From a virus (lineage: Duplodnaviria > Caudoviricetes): a stretch of 52,661 nucleotides of DNA. The translations under genes and the position numbers were made by a program. Shown here piece by piece: positions 1 to 9,134 of the stretch. The DNA lies in the IMG/VR virus record IMGVR_UViG_3300009537_000014, positions 1-52,661 of that record; one strand, 5' to 3'. Every line of letters begins with the position of its first letter. The stretch's first letter is position 1. Below the pieces are notes generated by a model that made no database searches, was not told the DNA's origin, and saw nothing but the letters and a program-made list of their open reading frames with translations.

Positions 1-130
1 CACCTGGCATATATACGCTCCCGTAAGATCTTTTAGGTCTGTTAACAGGGAAAAAGGAGGTTTAGGCAAGCAAATCTACTATTAATTGCTACTACACCAA
101 CGCTCCAACGTTGGGTTAGTAATAAAATAC

Positions 131-159
131 TTGACAATTTCCGGTAAGTAGTGTATGGT
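131..159 (+). promoter_or_regulatory. sigma70-type promoter upstream of the late operon
   Basis: TTGACA (131-136), 17-nt spacer, TATGGT (154-159); AT-rich upstream. Confidence 0.65.
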
Positions 160-174
160 CATGTTTATCGAAAC

Positions 175-214
175 AAGGAATCCTTTGTAGGACCAAGGGA
201 TTCCTTTTCTTTTT
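175..214 (+). terminator. intrinsic terminator-like hairpin immediately before the terS start
   Basis: AAGGAATCCTTTG-TAGGAC-CAAGGGATTCCTT followed by TTCTTTTT, then ATG at 215. Confidence 0.65.
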
Positions 215-766
215 ATGGCTGAACTGAAACCGAAGCATTATAAAGCAATAGAATTATTCGAAGAGGGTATGCTTTCGATTAAGGAGATAGCGAAAGTATG
301 CGAGATTCCTCTTGAATCCATGTACGCTATGTTCGAGGGCGATCCTCACAAGGTTGGTGAGATCGCCCATTTGTTTAAATCAGAGATAGATAAGGTAACC
401 CAACGCTCCGCAGCAAAGATCCGCACGCTAACGAAAGACAACAAGAAGCTGACTCTCCTGATGTTGAATGACCGTCTTAAGGAACTACGAAGGCGGGAAG
501 AGGAACATAAGGGTTTGACAGAGAGAGAATCCAGCGAGCTAGTAAAGATTCTCAATAGTTTAGGTAAAATGACCCCATCAGTCGAGGTGGGGTCTTTTTC
601 TATATCAAAGGGATTATCGGAAAAGGAGATAGTGGATGAGTTCAAACGGCTCTCTGCCCTCGCAAGATTCGCACTTAACGGAGGATCAATTTCTCGCTTT
701 AACCCAAGAGGAACGAGAGAATTACCTTCGCCTCCTTCAGGAGGAGATTCAGTACAGGAAGAGTAA
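215..766 (+). CDS. terS: putative terminase small subunit
   Basis: N-terminal HTH-like segment (LSIKEIAKVCEIP), helical oligomerisation-like region, position directly upstream of TerL. Confidence 0.65.
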   Translation: MAELKPKHYKAIELFEEGMLSIKEIAKVCEIPLESMYAMFEGDPHKVGEIAHLFKSEIDKVTQRSAAKIRTLTKDNKKLTLLMLNDRLKELRRREEEHKGLTERESSELVKILNSLGKMTPSVEVGSFSISKGLSEKEIVDEFKRLSALARFALNGGSISRFNPRGTRELPSPPSGGDSVQEE

Positions 767-2150
767 GAAGATTCTGTACTACGAGCCTTACGATAAGCAG
801 CTTCAGTTCCATACGTCCCCAGCGACCACTAGAGCTATCTTTGGGGGAAATCGCTCTGGTAAGACAACAAGTGGCGGTATGGAACTGCTCTTTCATGTGA
901 CGGGTCTGTACCCCAAGTGGTATCCAGAGAAGAGCCGTCTGGAGCTTCCTGTCAAAGGCAGGATTATTGCAAAAGACTTCCAGAAGGGAGTCGGTGAAGT
1001 CATCATTCCATTTCTAGAAGAGTGGCTGGACATGTCACTCGTAGCAAAGAAGTACCGCAATCCTATCGGTATTCCTGTCAAGTGGACCTTACGTAATGGT
1101 TCCACATTCGACATTCTTACTCACGAACAGAACACGGAACAGTTTGAAGGTTGGCGTGGTCATGTGGCGTGGTTCGATGAACCACCTCCGAGAGATAAAT
1201 ACATAGCGACCCTTCGGGGCCTAGTAGACTATAAAGGGAGGTCTTGGCTCACTCTCACGCCCTTGACCCAGCCATGGATCTATGACGAGATCTATACGAA
1301 TAAAGATACGAAGAGAGTGTTCTGTGTTACTACAGACATCCGCAACAACCCCTACCTTACCGAAGATGCAATCAAAGAGTTTGAGAAGAGTCTTACGGAA
1401 GACGAGATAGAAGCTCGTGTGCATGGCAGGTTCCTGCATCTGTCTGGTCTTATCTACAAGGAGTTCGATCAGATGATCCATATCTGCGAACCTCCTCAAG
1501 TGAAGGAGACGTGGACCCGATACTTCTGTATCGATCCGCATCCCCGTACCCCTACTGCCTGCCTCTGGTTAGCCGTTGATCCTTATGATAACCATTGGGT
1601 TTACGACGAACTCTGGTTAAAAGATATGGACATCGAGCAGGTGGCTCATGCCATCCACGCTCAAGAGGGAAATCTCCCCCCTCAAGTCCGATTCATAGAC
1701 CCCGCTATGGACAAGGACAACGAGCTAGCCGGAGGCTTTAATACTAGAAAAGAGCTGATGAAGTATGGAGTGTTTTGTCAGCGGGCTAACATTGATCCAA
1801 ATCTCGGACTGAACCGTATTAAACAGGCACTGAAGCCTAAGTACATTCACAAGTATGGCACTGAAAGGCCTCAACTGCGTGTATCACGCAAGTGCGCACA
1901 GACGATCTACGAGTTTCAGCACTATGTCTGGGCTGATAGAAAGCATGCTGCGGGTATGACTGAGAAGAATGCTCCTAAGAAGGCGAACGATCACTTCATG
2001 GACTGTCTCAGATATATCTACAATTCTACGCCTAGGTTTATGGCTGCTGAGGAAGAAGATGATGAGCTGGTTTATGAAGGGGAATACACAAAATATCCAA
2101 CCAGGCGGACCCGCTCAGCATCTAGTTACCATAGCTTGGTTGAAAAATAG
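636..2150 (+). CDS. terL: terminase large subunit
   Basis: Walker A GGNRSGKT, Walker B AWFDEPP, motif III LTLTP, RNase H-like nuclease CIDPH and C-terminal DHFMDCLRY. Confidence 0.95.
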   Translation: MSSNGSLPSQDSHLTEDQFLALTQEERENYLRLLQEEIQYRKSKKILYYEPYDKQLQFHTSPATTRAIFGGNRSGKTTSGGMELLFHVTGLYPKWYPEKSRLELPVKGRIIAKDFQKGVGEVIIPFLEEWLDMSLVAKKYRNPIGIPVKWTLRNGSTFDILTHEQNTEQFEGWRGHVAWFDEPPPRDKYIATLRGLVDYKGRSWLTLTPLTQPWIYDEIYTNKDTKRVFCVTTDIRNNPYLTEDAIKEFEKSLTEDEIEARVHGRFLHLSGLIYKEFDQMIHICEPPQVKETWTRYFCIDPHPRTPTACLWLAVDPYDNHWVYDELWLKDMDIEQVAHAIHAQEGNLPPQVRFIDPAMDKDNELAGGFNTRKELMKYGVFCQRANIDPNLGLNRIKQALKPKYIHKYGTERPQLRVSRKCAQTIYEFQHYVWADRKHAAGMTEKNAPKKANDHFMDCLRYIYNSTPRFMAAEEEDDELVYEGEYTKYPTRRTRSASSYHSLVEK

Positions 2151-2160
2151 GGAGGAAGGA

Positions 2161-2460
2161 ATGAAGAAGGTAGCTGTGTTGGTTGCGTTGTTGTTTGTTC
2201 TGTGTCCGTTGGCTTATGCGGGGCATCATGGGTGTGATCCTGCTCCTAGCGTGACAAATACCACCATTGTTAATGAGATGCTGGACAGGGACAATCCTCT
2301 TGGGGTTGGAATGGATTTCGTCCTTTACAACTCTGAGATGTGGTGGCTTGATGAAGTAAACCTAGAAACTAGGTTTGATTTCGAGAATGACGAACAAGCG
2401 GTGTTCTGTGTCTTTAGAGTAGATACAGATAAGATCCGCAGAGAGCTGGTAGGCTGGTAA
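2161..2460 (+). CDS. secreted/membrane hypothetical protein
   Basis: RBS GGAGGAAGGA before ATG 2161; signal-peptide-like MKKVAVLVALLFVLCPLAYA. Confidence 0.6.
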   Translation: MKKVAVLVALLFVLCPLAYAGHHGCDPAPSVTNTTIVNEMLDRDNPLGVGMDFVLYNSEMWWLDEVNLETRFDFENDEQAVFCVFRVDTDKIRRELVGW

Positions 2461-2648
2461 TGGCTAAGAAATGGATACAGAAGGCAATAAAACGTCCGGG
2501 TGCATTACGCAAGCAAATGGGTGTGCGTCCTGGGCAGACCATCAGTGTCCATAGGCTTGAAGCAGCTTCTAAGAAGGGTGGCAAGCTAGGGGCTAGGGCC
2601 CGGCTTGCCATGACCCTTCGGAAGTTGAGGAAGAGAAAGAAGGGCTGA
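2460..2648 (+). CDS. small highly basic phage protein
   Basis: 62 aa, K/R-rich (KKWIQKAIKRPGALRKQMG); start/stop coupled to neighbours. Confidence 0.75.
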   Translation: MAKKWIQKAIKRPGALRKQMGVRPGQTISVHRLEAASKKGGKLGARARLAMTLRKLRKRKKG

Positions 2649-2809
2649 TGCCTAAGAACACGGCTGTGCATCGTATGTATGAGCATCTCTTGTCAGCGGG
2701 TTATGATGTAAAGTCTGCAGTTAGGATTGCCCAAGCTAAAACGGGGCTGGCTTTAAAGACTGGACAACCTCCGAGAGAGAGAAGATATGGCAAAAGAAAC
2801 AAGCGATAA
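2648..2809 (+). CDS. small basic hypothetical protein (53 aa, not in ORF track)
   Basis: TGATG overlap with previous gene; MPKNTAVHRMYEHLLSAGYDVKSAVRIAQAKTGLALKTG... Confidence 0.6.
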   Translation: MPKNTAVHRMYEHLLSAGYDVKSAVRIAQAKTGLALKTGQPPRERRYGKRNKR

Positions 2810-4544
2810 GAAAGATCCTTTTGTAGAACATGTAGTAACGGAGTTTGAGCGTTACGAGGGCTATCATACGGACCGCTTTGAGGAGGGCAAGAAGGTCATT
2901 GACCAGTGGAAGAACAAGCCTCCGAAGAGAGAGCAGGACTGGCAGAATGCTGTAGCTGTCCCTCTTATGGTTGAAGGGGAGCAAACAATAACCCCACGCT
3001 TGTTTACAGCATTGTTCCCCACTGATGCTCCTGTTGAGGTTCAAGTAGAGGGTGACGCTCCAGAAGAGCAGGGTGTCCGCATTAAGGGGATCATCCAGCA
3101 TCACTTCAGAGTGGCCGATGTCCAGGGAGAGTGTGTTCCTGCGTTGACTCAGAATACTCTCTTGGGTACCGGTTACCTGGAGGGCGGATCCTGGTATGTG
3201 CGCAAGGGTTATCAGACGGGTGTTGGTGACAACAGATACTGGGTTACCCTGGAGGCCAGGCCTGACTGCCGTTGGGTTAGTTTCTTTGAGATGTTCCCTC
3301 ATCCGGCTAAGAGGCGTATGGATGACGGCTTACCTCTCCTTCGTAGGCGGTTTATCGATGGGGAGGCTCTTAAGAGAATGGCGAACAACTCCAGGTTTGA
3401 TGCTCAAAGCTTAGCGGAAGCTTTAAAGACTTCTCCTCCGAAGGGTGGGGATACTGAGTATGATGAGAAGAAAGAGCGCTCTTACGAGGTTATAGATTAT
3501 TGGGGACCTTGGGACGAGCAGATCTATTCAGAGGGCAAGACAACGACACGACAGGCCGTTCCTTGGTGGGGGATCGTAGTGAACCGTAAGGTGAAGATAC
3601 GGTCTATGGCGAACCCCTATAATCACCAGATACCTCCTTTTGTTAAGATCAAGCTCTTTGAGGACCCTGACTCCTCTTGGTTTGGTGTTGGGATAGGTTC
3701 TATTGGTAAGGCAACGCAAGAACGGATCAACAAGATAGTAAACCAACGGCTGGACAACGTTGACTTGGTGTTGAACAAGCAAGGTTGTTACAACGGTAAT
3801 GACTCTCTTATCAATGTTAAGAAGCTTCAAGTATCTAAGCCTGGGTTGTGGCATAAGACTTCGGATACAGTAACGTCTCTTCGTTGGATGGATATGCCTG
3901 ACGTTACTGCTTCCTCGTACAAGGAAGAGGAGATAGCTAAGCAAGATTTCCGAGAGGCGACAGGTGCGATTGCAAACCTCATGCCTGAAGTGGGCTCAGA
4001 GCACCGTACAGCTATGGGCATACAACTCCTACAAGGAGCGGCGGGCATGAGGTTTCGCCCTGTATTGAGGAAGCTGGAGATAGACCTGATACAGCAACTA
4101 GCTATGTTCTTCTTCAGTAATCTCCGTCAGTTTATGACTGAGGCTCAATGGGTTCAGATTACTGGGAAGAATGGAGAGCTGCAACCTATCCAGATAACGC
4201 CTGAGCAGCTCCAGGCCAAGGTCTTCTTTATCCCAACGGGGGTGTCTGAGACCATGAACAAGGAGACGCAAGTGGGTCAACTGCTTAGGTTTAAGGAAAT
4301 TACTATGCAGGACCCAACGGTGAACCGTCAGGAGATCAATAAGCGTATTGCAGAGCTGATGGGTTTCAGAGATATTGCTAAACTTCTGACTCCTATCAAG
4401 ACTCCTATGGGTGGTTTGACTCCTGAGGAACAGCTTAGGATACAGCAGAGGCTGGGTGAGGGGGCTGATCCAGCTACAATCAAACGGGAGATGATGGGCG
4501 AGGTGCCTCAAGGCAACTTTGCTCAGAACGGGGGACAAAGATGA
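2787..4544 (+). CDS. portal protein
   Basis: 585 aa, follows TerL; portal-like segments (WFGVGIG...QERINKIVNQRLDN; TAMGIQLLQGAA). Confidence 0.85.
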   Translation: MAKETSDKKDPFVEHVVTEFERYEGYHTDRFEEGKKVIDQWKNKPPKREQDWQNAVAVPLMVEGEQTITPRLFTALFPTDAPVEVQVEGDAPEEQGVRIKGIIQHHFRVADVQGECVPALTQNTLLGTGYLEGGSWYVRKGYQTGVGDNRYWVTLEARPDCRWVSFFEMFPHPAKRRMDDGLPLLRRRFIDGEALKRMANNSRFDAQSLAEALKTSPPKGGDTEYDEKKERSYEVIDYWGPWDEQIYSEGKTTTRQAVPWWGIVVNRKVKIRSMANPYNHQIPPFVKIKLFEDPDSSWFGVGIGSIGKATQERINKIVNQRLDNVDLVLNKQGCYNGNDSLINVKKLQVSKPGLWHKTSDTVTSLRWMDMPDVTASSYKEEEIAKQDFREATGAIANLMPEVGSEHRTAMGIQLLQGAAGMRFRPVLRKLEIDLIQQLAMFFFSNLRQFMTEAQWVQITGKNGELQPIQITPEQLQAKVFFIPTGVSETMNKETQVGQLLRFKEITMQDPTVNRQEINKRIAELMGFRDIAKLLTPIKTPMGGLTPEEQLRIQQRLGEGADPATIKREMMGEVPQGNFAQNGGQR

Positions 4545-4777
4545 CAGAAGAGCAAGCGAGGGAGATAAGGAACTCAGACCACTGGGCCTGGGTTAAGGAT
4601 GAGCTGGATCTAAGGATTTCAGGATGTGTAAGCAGGCTCGTTCATGCGAAGTATAGCGAGCTTATAGATCTTCAGAGGAAGATCAAGTTGTACGAAGAGT
4701 TTAAAAAGCTGCCCGATGATGTGATTGATCGAGAAGCAGCACCCACGGTGCCGGACCAGCCGCAAATGGCCCGTTAA
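4541..4777 (+). CDS. hypothetical head-module protein
   Basis: ATGA overlap with portal; 78 aa, helical. Confidence 0.6.
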   Translation: MTEEQAREIRNSDHWAWVKDELDLRISGCVSRLVHAKYSELIDLQRKIKLYEEFKKLPDDVIDREAAPTVPDQPQMAR

Positions 4778-4793
4778 CAAAAGGAGAGGCTAA

Positions 4794-5519
4794 ATGCCAG
4801 ACCCAAAACCTGACGATGACAAGTCGAAAAAAGGTCAAAACGCTCCTGGTAGCGATAAATCAGGTACGCAACCTCCTGCGAGTGGAGGAGACGAACAGAA
4901 AACAGTACCGTTAGCTGCGTTGCACGAGGAACGGGAAAAGATAAAGGCTCTTAGAGACGAACTTAGTGCTCTTAAGAACGCCATGGCTACAGGAAGCGGC
5001 GACATTTATGGTCAGCCACCTCAGCCTGCTTATCCGCCTCAACAACCACAGCAACAGTATGGTGACATTCGTCAACAGATGGATGAGCTTTGGGAGACGA
5101 ATCCCAGGGCGGCTATGCAGACAGAGATCAACATGGCTCTGAACTGGTACGACAAAGTGAATACGCAGTTGGATATTCAGGAGGCTGACTTTGCTAGTAA
5201 GCATCAAGACTTCGATAAGTATCGTCCAGAAGTACGTCGATACTTACGGTCCTTGCCTATGAACCAAAGGAACAATCCTACGATTGTTCAAGCTGCATAT
5301 TTCTATGTCAAAGGTCAGAAGGTTGACGACCTAATCAACTTATCGAAAGAAGAGTTGATAGCCAAGATCAGGTCAGGAGAGACGGTACAGGGGTTGGAAG
5401 GTACGACCTCTGCGCCACCGGCTCCTCCCAGTGGTACTAAGCAGCCAACACCCGATCAGGTGAAGGTGGCTCAGGCCATGGGTATGAAGATCGATGATTA
5501 CATGGCTATGGTGAGATAA
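4794..5519 (+). CDS. capsid scaffolding protein
   Basis: Disordered N-terminus, VPLAALHEEREK coiled coil, C-terminal QVKVAQAMGMKIDDY; lies between portal and MCP; RBS AAGGAG. Confidence 0.75.
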   Translation: MPDPKPDDDKSKKGQNAPGSDKSGTQPPASGGDEQKTVPLAALHEEREKIKALRDELSALKNAMATGSGDIYGQPPQPAYPPQQPQQQYGDIRQQMDELWETNPRAAMQTEINMALNWYDKVNTQLDIQEADFASKHQDFDKYRPEVRRYLRSLPMNQRNNPTIVQAAYFYVKGQKVDDLINLSKEELIAKIRSGETVQGLEGTTSAPPAPPSGTKQPTPDQVKVAQAMGMKIDDYMAMVR

Positions 5520-5789
5520 ATGGGTATATTCCAAAAGGGATTAAACCCCGGTGCATATAGGGGCAAGCTGACTTGTCCTGTGTGTAACTCCGAGGCGGTT
5601 AGATTCGTTGAGAATCTTGCTGCGTTCAGGCAGCGTTACAGGTGTCGTAAGTGTGGACTACCGTTCCAGTACGATGTTAGTAATACTCCTGATCCTCGTG
5701 CGGTTATGACTCATCCGTATGCACCATTCAAGAAGAACAAGTGGCGTGACATTGTGGAACGCTACAATGGGAGGACAAAAAGGAGATAG
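5520..5789 (+). CDS. zinc-ribbon protein
   Basis: CPVC ... YRCRKC. Confidence 0.65.
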   Translation: MGIFQKGLNPGAYRGKLTCPVCNSEAVRFVENLAAFRQRYRCRKCGLPFQYDVSNTPDPRAVMTHPYAPFKKNKWRDIVERYNGRTKRR

Positions 5790-5793
5790 GATA

Positions 5794-6648
5794 ATGGAAT
5801 GGCATTATGACTTAACACAAGCGGAACCGATCATTCGTGATCTTCCTGTTGGTGGAGCGGTGGATATTCTTAAGGGGGCTGGGGTTGCTCGTATTGGAGC
5901 GATCTCAACTGCTTTGAACCACTTCTGTTATCAACTGGCAGATGAAGATACGTTGGATGATTTCATCGGAGTAGCCAATGAGTTTTATGATTACTCCGCA
6001 CATATCTCCAACACGGGTGCAAACGCAGCTACGGCAGCGGCAACCGGTGTGACAAACTACATCAAAGTGATTATTAACCCGATGGCAGTTTGGCTTACAG
6101 AGTATTCACAGCATGCAGATAATGATACTGTGAACACAGCTGCTGATTCGACCGGTAAGACTGTTACCGGGACTTTTACAAGTCCGGGTGACGACCAGGA
6201 GGGTAACTGGGTTTACATCACGAATGTTGGTTCGACAGTTGGTGGAGCAGGGAATCTGTTCCAGATTGGTGATATCAGTACGACTGTAGCGACTGCCTGT
6301 ACGAATCATGACGATTATCTGAAGGGCAACAATACAGCGGATACTTATATCCTGATCTACAATCCGTATACAGCACGAGTGGTTGGAGGCTCGATTGATC
6401 TCAGTGCAGCTTCAGGTGAAGAGTGCACGAAGATTATGGGTAATGACTTGGTTGGGACTGATACTGGAGCAGCGATTACGCTTCAGAATTATGTGACCGA
6501 TATGCATACACCCATGGAGCCTTTACGGGTTGAGAGGCATTCTGGAAGGAACTTCCATGCTGCGACTTGTAAGATATATGCTGATCTGTTTTTCACAGAT
6601 CATCTGTGTCTTGGTGCTTCGACAGCAGATGCCCCGCTTATCACGTAA
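5794..6648 (+). CDS. putative capsid decoration/minor capsid protein
   Basis: G/T/A-rich, beta-type composition, directly upstream of MCP; start taken at ATG 5794. Confidence 0.55.
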   Translation: MEWHYDLTQAEPIIRDLPVGGAVDILKGAGVARIGAISTALNHFCYQLADEDTLDDFIGVANEFYDYSAHISNTGANAATAAATGVTNYIKVIINPMAVWLTEYSQHADNDTVNTAADSTGKTVTGTFTSPGDDQEGNWVYITNVGSTVGGAGNLFQIGDISTTVATACTNHDDYLKGNNTADTYILIYNPYTARVVGGSIDLSAASGEECTKIMGNDLVGTDTGAAITLQNYVTDMHTPMEPLRVERHSGRNFHAATCKIYADLFFTDHLCLGASTADAPLIT

Positions 6649-6667
6649 TATGTAATGGAGGTATGAA

Positions 6668-7567
6668 ATGGGTGTTGTTTCTAGTGAGAGCTTCGGCTAC
6701 CTATTAGACCCTGGGTTGCGGAAGATCTTCATGGACGAATACAACCTGCCTGACGCAAAGATGGATCTGCTTTACGGCGTGGAGAGTTCCTCCAAGGCTG
6801 TAGAGTATGATTATGCTTTGGGTGGGATAGGTGACCTTGAGGAGTTCACAGGTACCATCGGGTACACGGACTTTGATGGTCAATACAGGGTCTCCTATAC
6901 CCACAAGGAGTGGGTAAGGGGTATTAAGGTTGAGCGTAAACTTGTGGACGATGACCAGTATTCGGTCATTAACAAGCGTCCGCAAACGTTGGCTCTTTCC
7001 GCTAAGAGGACGAGGGAAAAACATGCAGCCTCTGTCTTCAACAGTGCGTTCAATACGAGCGTGTTCACTGGTGGAGACACTTATGCGTTGTGTGCCTCGG
7101 CTCATACGTGGAATGGGACATCAACGACTCAGTCGAACAGTGGCTCGTCAGCCCTTTCTAGCTCTGCTCTTGCTACGGCAAGGCTGGCTATCAGGGACTT
7201 TACTGATGACACTGATAACTTGTTGAATGCTCGTGGTGACTTGCTGCTTGTTCCGCCTGAGTTGGAACAGACGGCGTATGAAATCACGCAGTCGCAGTTG
7301 AAACCCGGTACTGCTGACAACGACAAGAACTTCATCAACTCCTTGAACTACAAGGTAGTTGTGTGGGATTACTTGTCGGACACCAACAACTGGTTCCTTA
7401 TCGATAGCAAGTACGCTAAGTTGTTCTTGAAGTGGTTCAACAGAATCCCTCAAGAGTTCAACAAGGATAAGGATTTTGACACGTACTTGGCCAAGTGGTC
7501 TACCTACGGGAGATACTCTTATGGGTTCTCCTCGTGGACTTGGTGCTATGGCAGCAATGTGACCTAA
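6668..7567 (+). CDS. major capsid protein (HK97 fold, Mu gpT-like)
   Basis: 299 aa; LVDDDQY, LLLVPPELEQTA, NNWFL and terminal RYSYGFSSW motifs; strong RBS GGAGG. Confidence 0.85.
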   Translation: MGVVSSESFGYLLDPGLRKIFMDEYNLPDAKMDLLYGVESSSKAVEYDYALGGIGDLEEFTGTIGYTDFDGQYRVSYTHKEWVRGIKVERKLVDDDQYSVINKRPQTLALSAKRTREKHAASVFNSAFNTSVFTGGDTYALCASAHTWNGTSTTQSNSGSSALSSSALATARLAIRDFTDDTDNLLNARGDLLLVPPELEQTAYEITQSQLKPGTADNDKNFINSLNYKVVVWDYLSDTNNWFLIDSKYAKLFLKWFNRIPQEFNKDKDFDTYLAKWSTYGRYSYGFSSWTWCYGSNVT

Positions 7568-7580
7568 AGTAAACATTGAA

Positions 7581-7624
7581 TACGTATACCTTCTGTGTTA
7601 TGTTTGACGCAGGAGGTATACGTA
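7581..7624 (+). promoter_or_regulatory. 20-bp hairpin sequestering the HNH RBS
   Basis: TACGTATACCTTCTGTGTTA / TGACGCAGGAGGTATACGTA; GGAGG lies in the 3' arm, ATG at 7628. Confidence 0.75.
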
Positions 7625-7627
7625 CCA

Positions 7628-8059
7628 ATGAGAGCGATAATAGGAGTAGTTAATGGAAAGCGGCGTGCTGTTGTTCTCGAAGATCGTTTATGTGCCATTT
7701 GTGGGGAATCTTTTTCCCCCAAGAAGCAACTCTCTACCTGTTGCAGTTATAAGTGTTACAGGAAAGCAGAAAGTAAACGTTATTCAGAGAAGAACAAAGA
7801 GCGGGCTCGTAGATGGTATCAGGAACATCCTGAGCAAGCTTGTCGTTCCAGGCAGGCTTACAAGGATAGGATACGTCATGGTGGTAAGAAATCTGATCTC
7901 ATTAAAAAAAAAGGACTTGTTTGTTCCAAGTGTGGTGAAGTTGGCGACACAAGGAAGATCCAAGCTCATCACTTTAATGGATCTGGTAATCACCAAGATC
8001 AAGTTCTTCTTTGTTGGCACTGTCATGGAAAAGAGCATATGGCTGCGATTCATCCGTAA
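7628..8059 (+). CDS. HNH homing endonuclease
   Basis: CAICG..CCSYKC zinc finger; CSKCG...IQAHH..N...VLLCWHCHGKEH. Confidence 0.8.
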   Translation: MRAIIGVVNGKRRAVVLEDRLCAICGESFSPKKQLSTCCSYKCYRKAESKRYSEKNKERARRWYQEHPEQACRSRQAYKDRIRHGGKKSDLIKKKGLVCSKCGEVGDTRKIQAHHFNGSGNHQDQVLLCWHCHGKEHMAAIHP

Positions 8060-8066
8060 TGAGTTA

Positions 8067-8157
8067 GGTACGGGAGGTCGCCATCGGGTTGACCTCCCAT
8101 ACCGAACAGTGTTCCCATGATGCATCCGATGAGCGTTGATCCGAAAGGGATGGGGCA
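8067..8157 (+). ncRNA. candidate structured RNA with kissing loops
   Basis: GGTACGGGAGGTCG/TGACCTCCCATACC stem with loop CCATCGGGT complementary to loop ATCCGATG of GATGC/GCGTT stem; CC-GAAA-GG tetraloop. Confidence 0.5.
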
Positions 8158-8168
8158 AGGAGAGTAAA

Positions 8169-9092
8169 ATGACTACGTTTGGAGATATGGTCTATGCTTT
8201 AGGAGGAGTGCCTACCATTAGTGACGGGTTGATTCCTACTACGACTGGTAGTTACTTCTTTGTTGATTCAAGCTTAGGTAATGTTGCTTATAGTGGGAAA
8301 AAGCCGAATGATGCTTTGCCCACTATTGATGCTGCGGTTGGTAAGTGTACTGCTGATAAGGGTGACGTGATTGTAGTTATGCCCGGTCATGCTGAGAATC
8401 TTAGTGCTGCTACTTCGCTTGTTGCGGATGTGGCTGGCATTACGATTGTCGGTTTAGGTAACGGTGCGAACCGTCCTACGCTTACCATTACTGCTACGAC
8501 TGGTAAGGTTCATGTCAGTGCTGCTGAGATCACGATCAGGAACATCAGGATTCTTGCTGGTGTTGATGCGATTGTGGAAGCGATTGATGTGGATGCGGCT
8601 GACTGTACGATAAGGGACTGTGAGATCAACTATACCTCGACCTATGACATCTTAAAACATGTTGATGTGGCTGCTGGTATCAATGGTCTTCAGTTTATTA
8701 ACAACACAGTTATAGCTCGTGACGCTGCTGGTTCTGCGCAAGGTATCAATGTGGCTAATGGTGATAACATTACGATTGCCGATAACTACTTTTCTGGCGA
8801 TTGGAGTGATGCCATCATTGAGGATACAGATACCTCGACAACGGATGTCGCTAATAACTTAGTTATCTCAGGAAATATGCTGAGGAACTACGATACGACA
8901 GATACTGTTGCTGCCAATGTTATTTACTTGGCTAGGGCTTCTACTGGTATGATCAGGAACAACAGTCTAGCTTCGTTTAATGACAACTGTAGTCTTACGC
9001 TTGATCCTGGTTCTTGTATGTGTATTGAGAACTATGTGGTTACTGCGATAGACCAGACTGGTGCACTTGTGCCTGCAACGGCATCTACCTAA
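8169..9092 (+). CDS. right-handed parallel beta-helix virion protein
   Basis: YFFVDS..G..P..ALPTIDAAVGKCTADKGDVIVVMPGH cap motif followed by I-x-N/D-N beta-helix repeats. Confidence 0.75.
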   Translation: MTTFGDMVYALGGVPTISDGLIPTTTGSYFFVDSSLGNVAYSGKKPNDALPTIDAAVGKCTADKGDVIVVMPGHAENLSAATSLVADVAGITIVGLGNGANRPTLTITATTGKVHVSAAEITIRNIRILAGVDAIVEAIDVDAADCTIRDCEINYTSTYDILKHVDVAAGINGLQFINNTVIARDAAGSAQGINVANGDNITIADNYFSGDWSDAIIEDTDTSTTDVANNLVISGNMLRNYDTTDTVAANVIYLARASTGMIRNNSLASFNDNCSLTLDPGSCMCIENYVVTAIDQTGALVPATAST

Positions 9093-9098
9093 GGATAC

Positions 9099-9131
9099 CG
9101 GGGAGGGGTTAACAGCCTCTCCCCAATTCTT
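9099..9131 (+). terminator. probable intrinsic terminator/attenuator
   Basis: GGGGAGGGGTT-AAC-AGCCTCTCCCC followed by a weak T-rich tail. Confidence 0.5.
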
Positions 9132-9134
9132 GCT

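Noticed and set aside
7568-8168. Group I intron carrying the HNH
   Set aside because: The MCP ends with a normal C-terminus and stop, the next gene has its own RBS, and no P7-like core was recognised.
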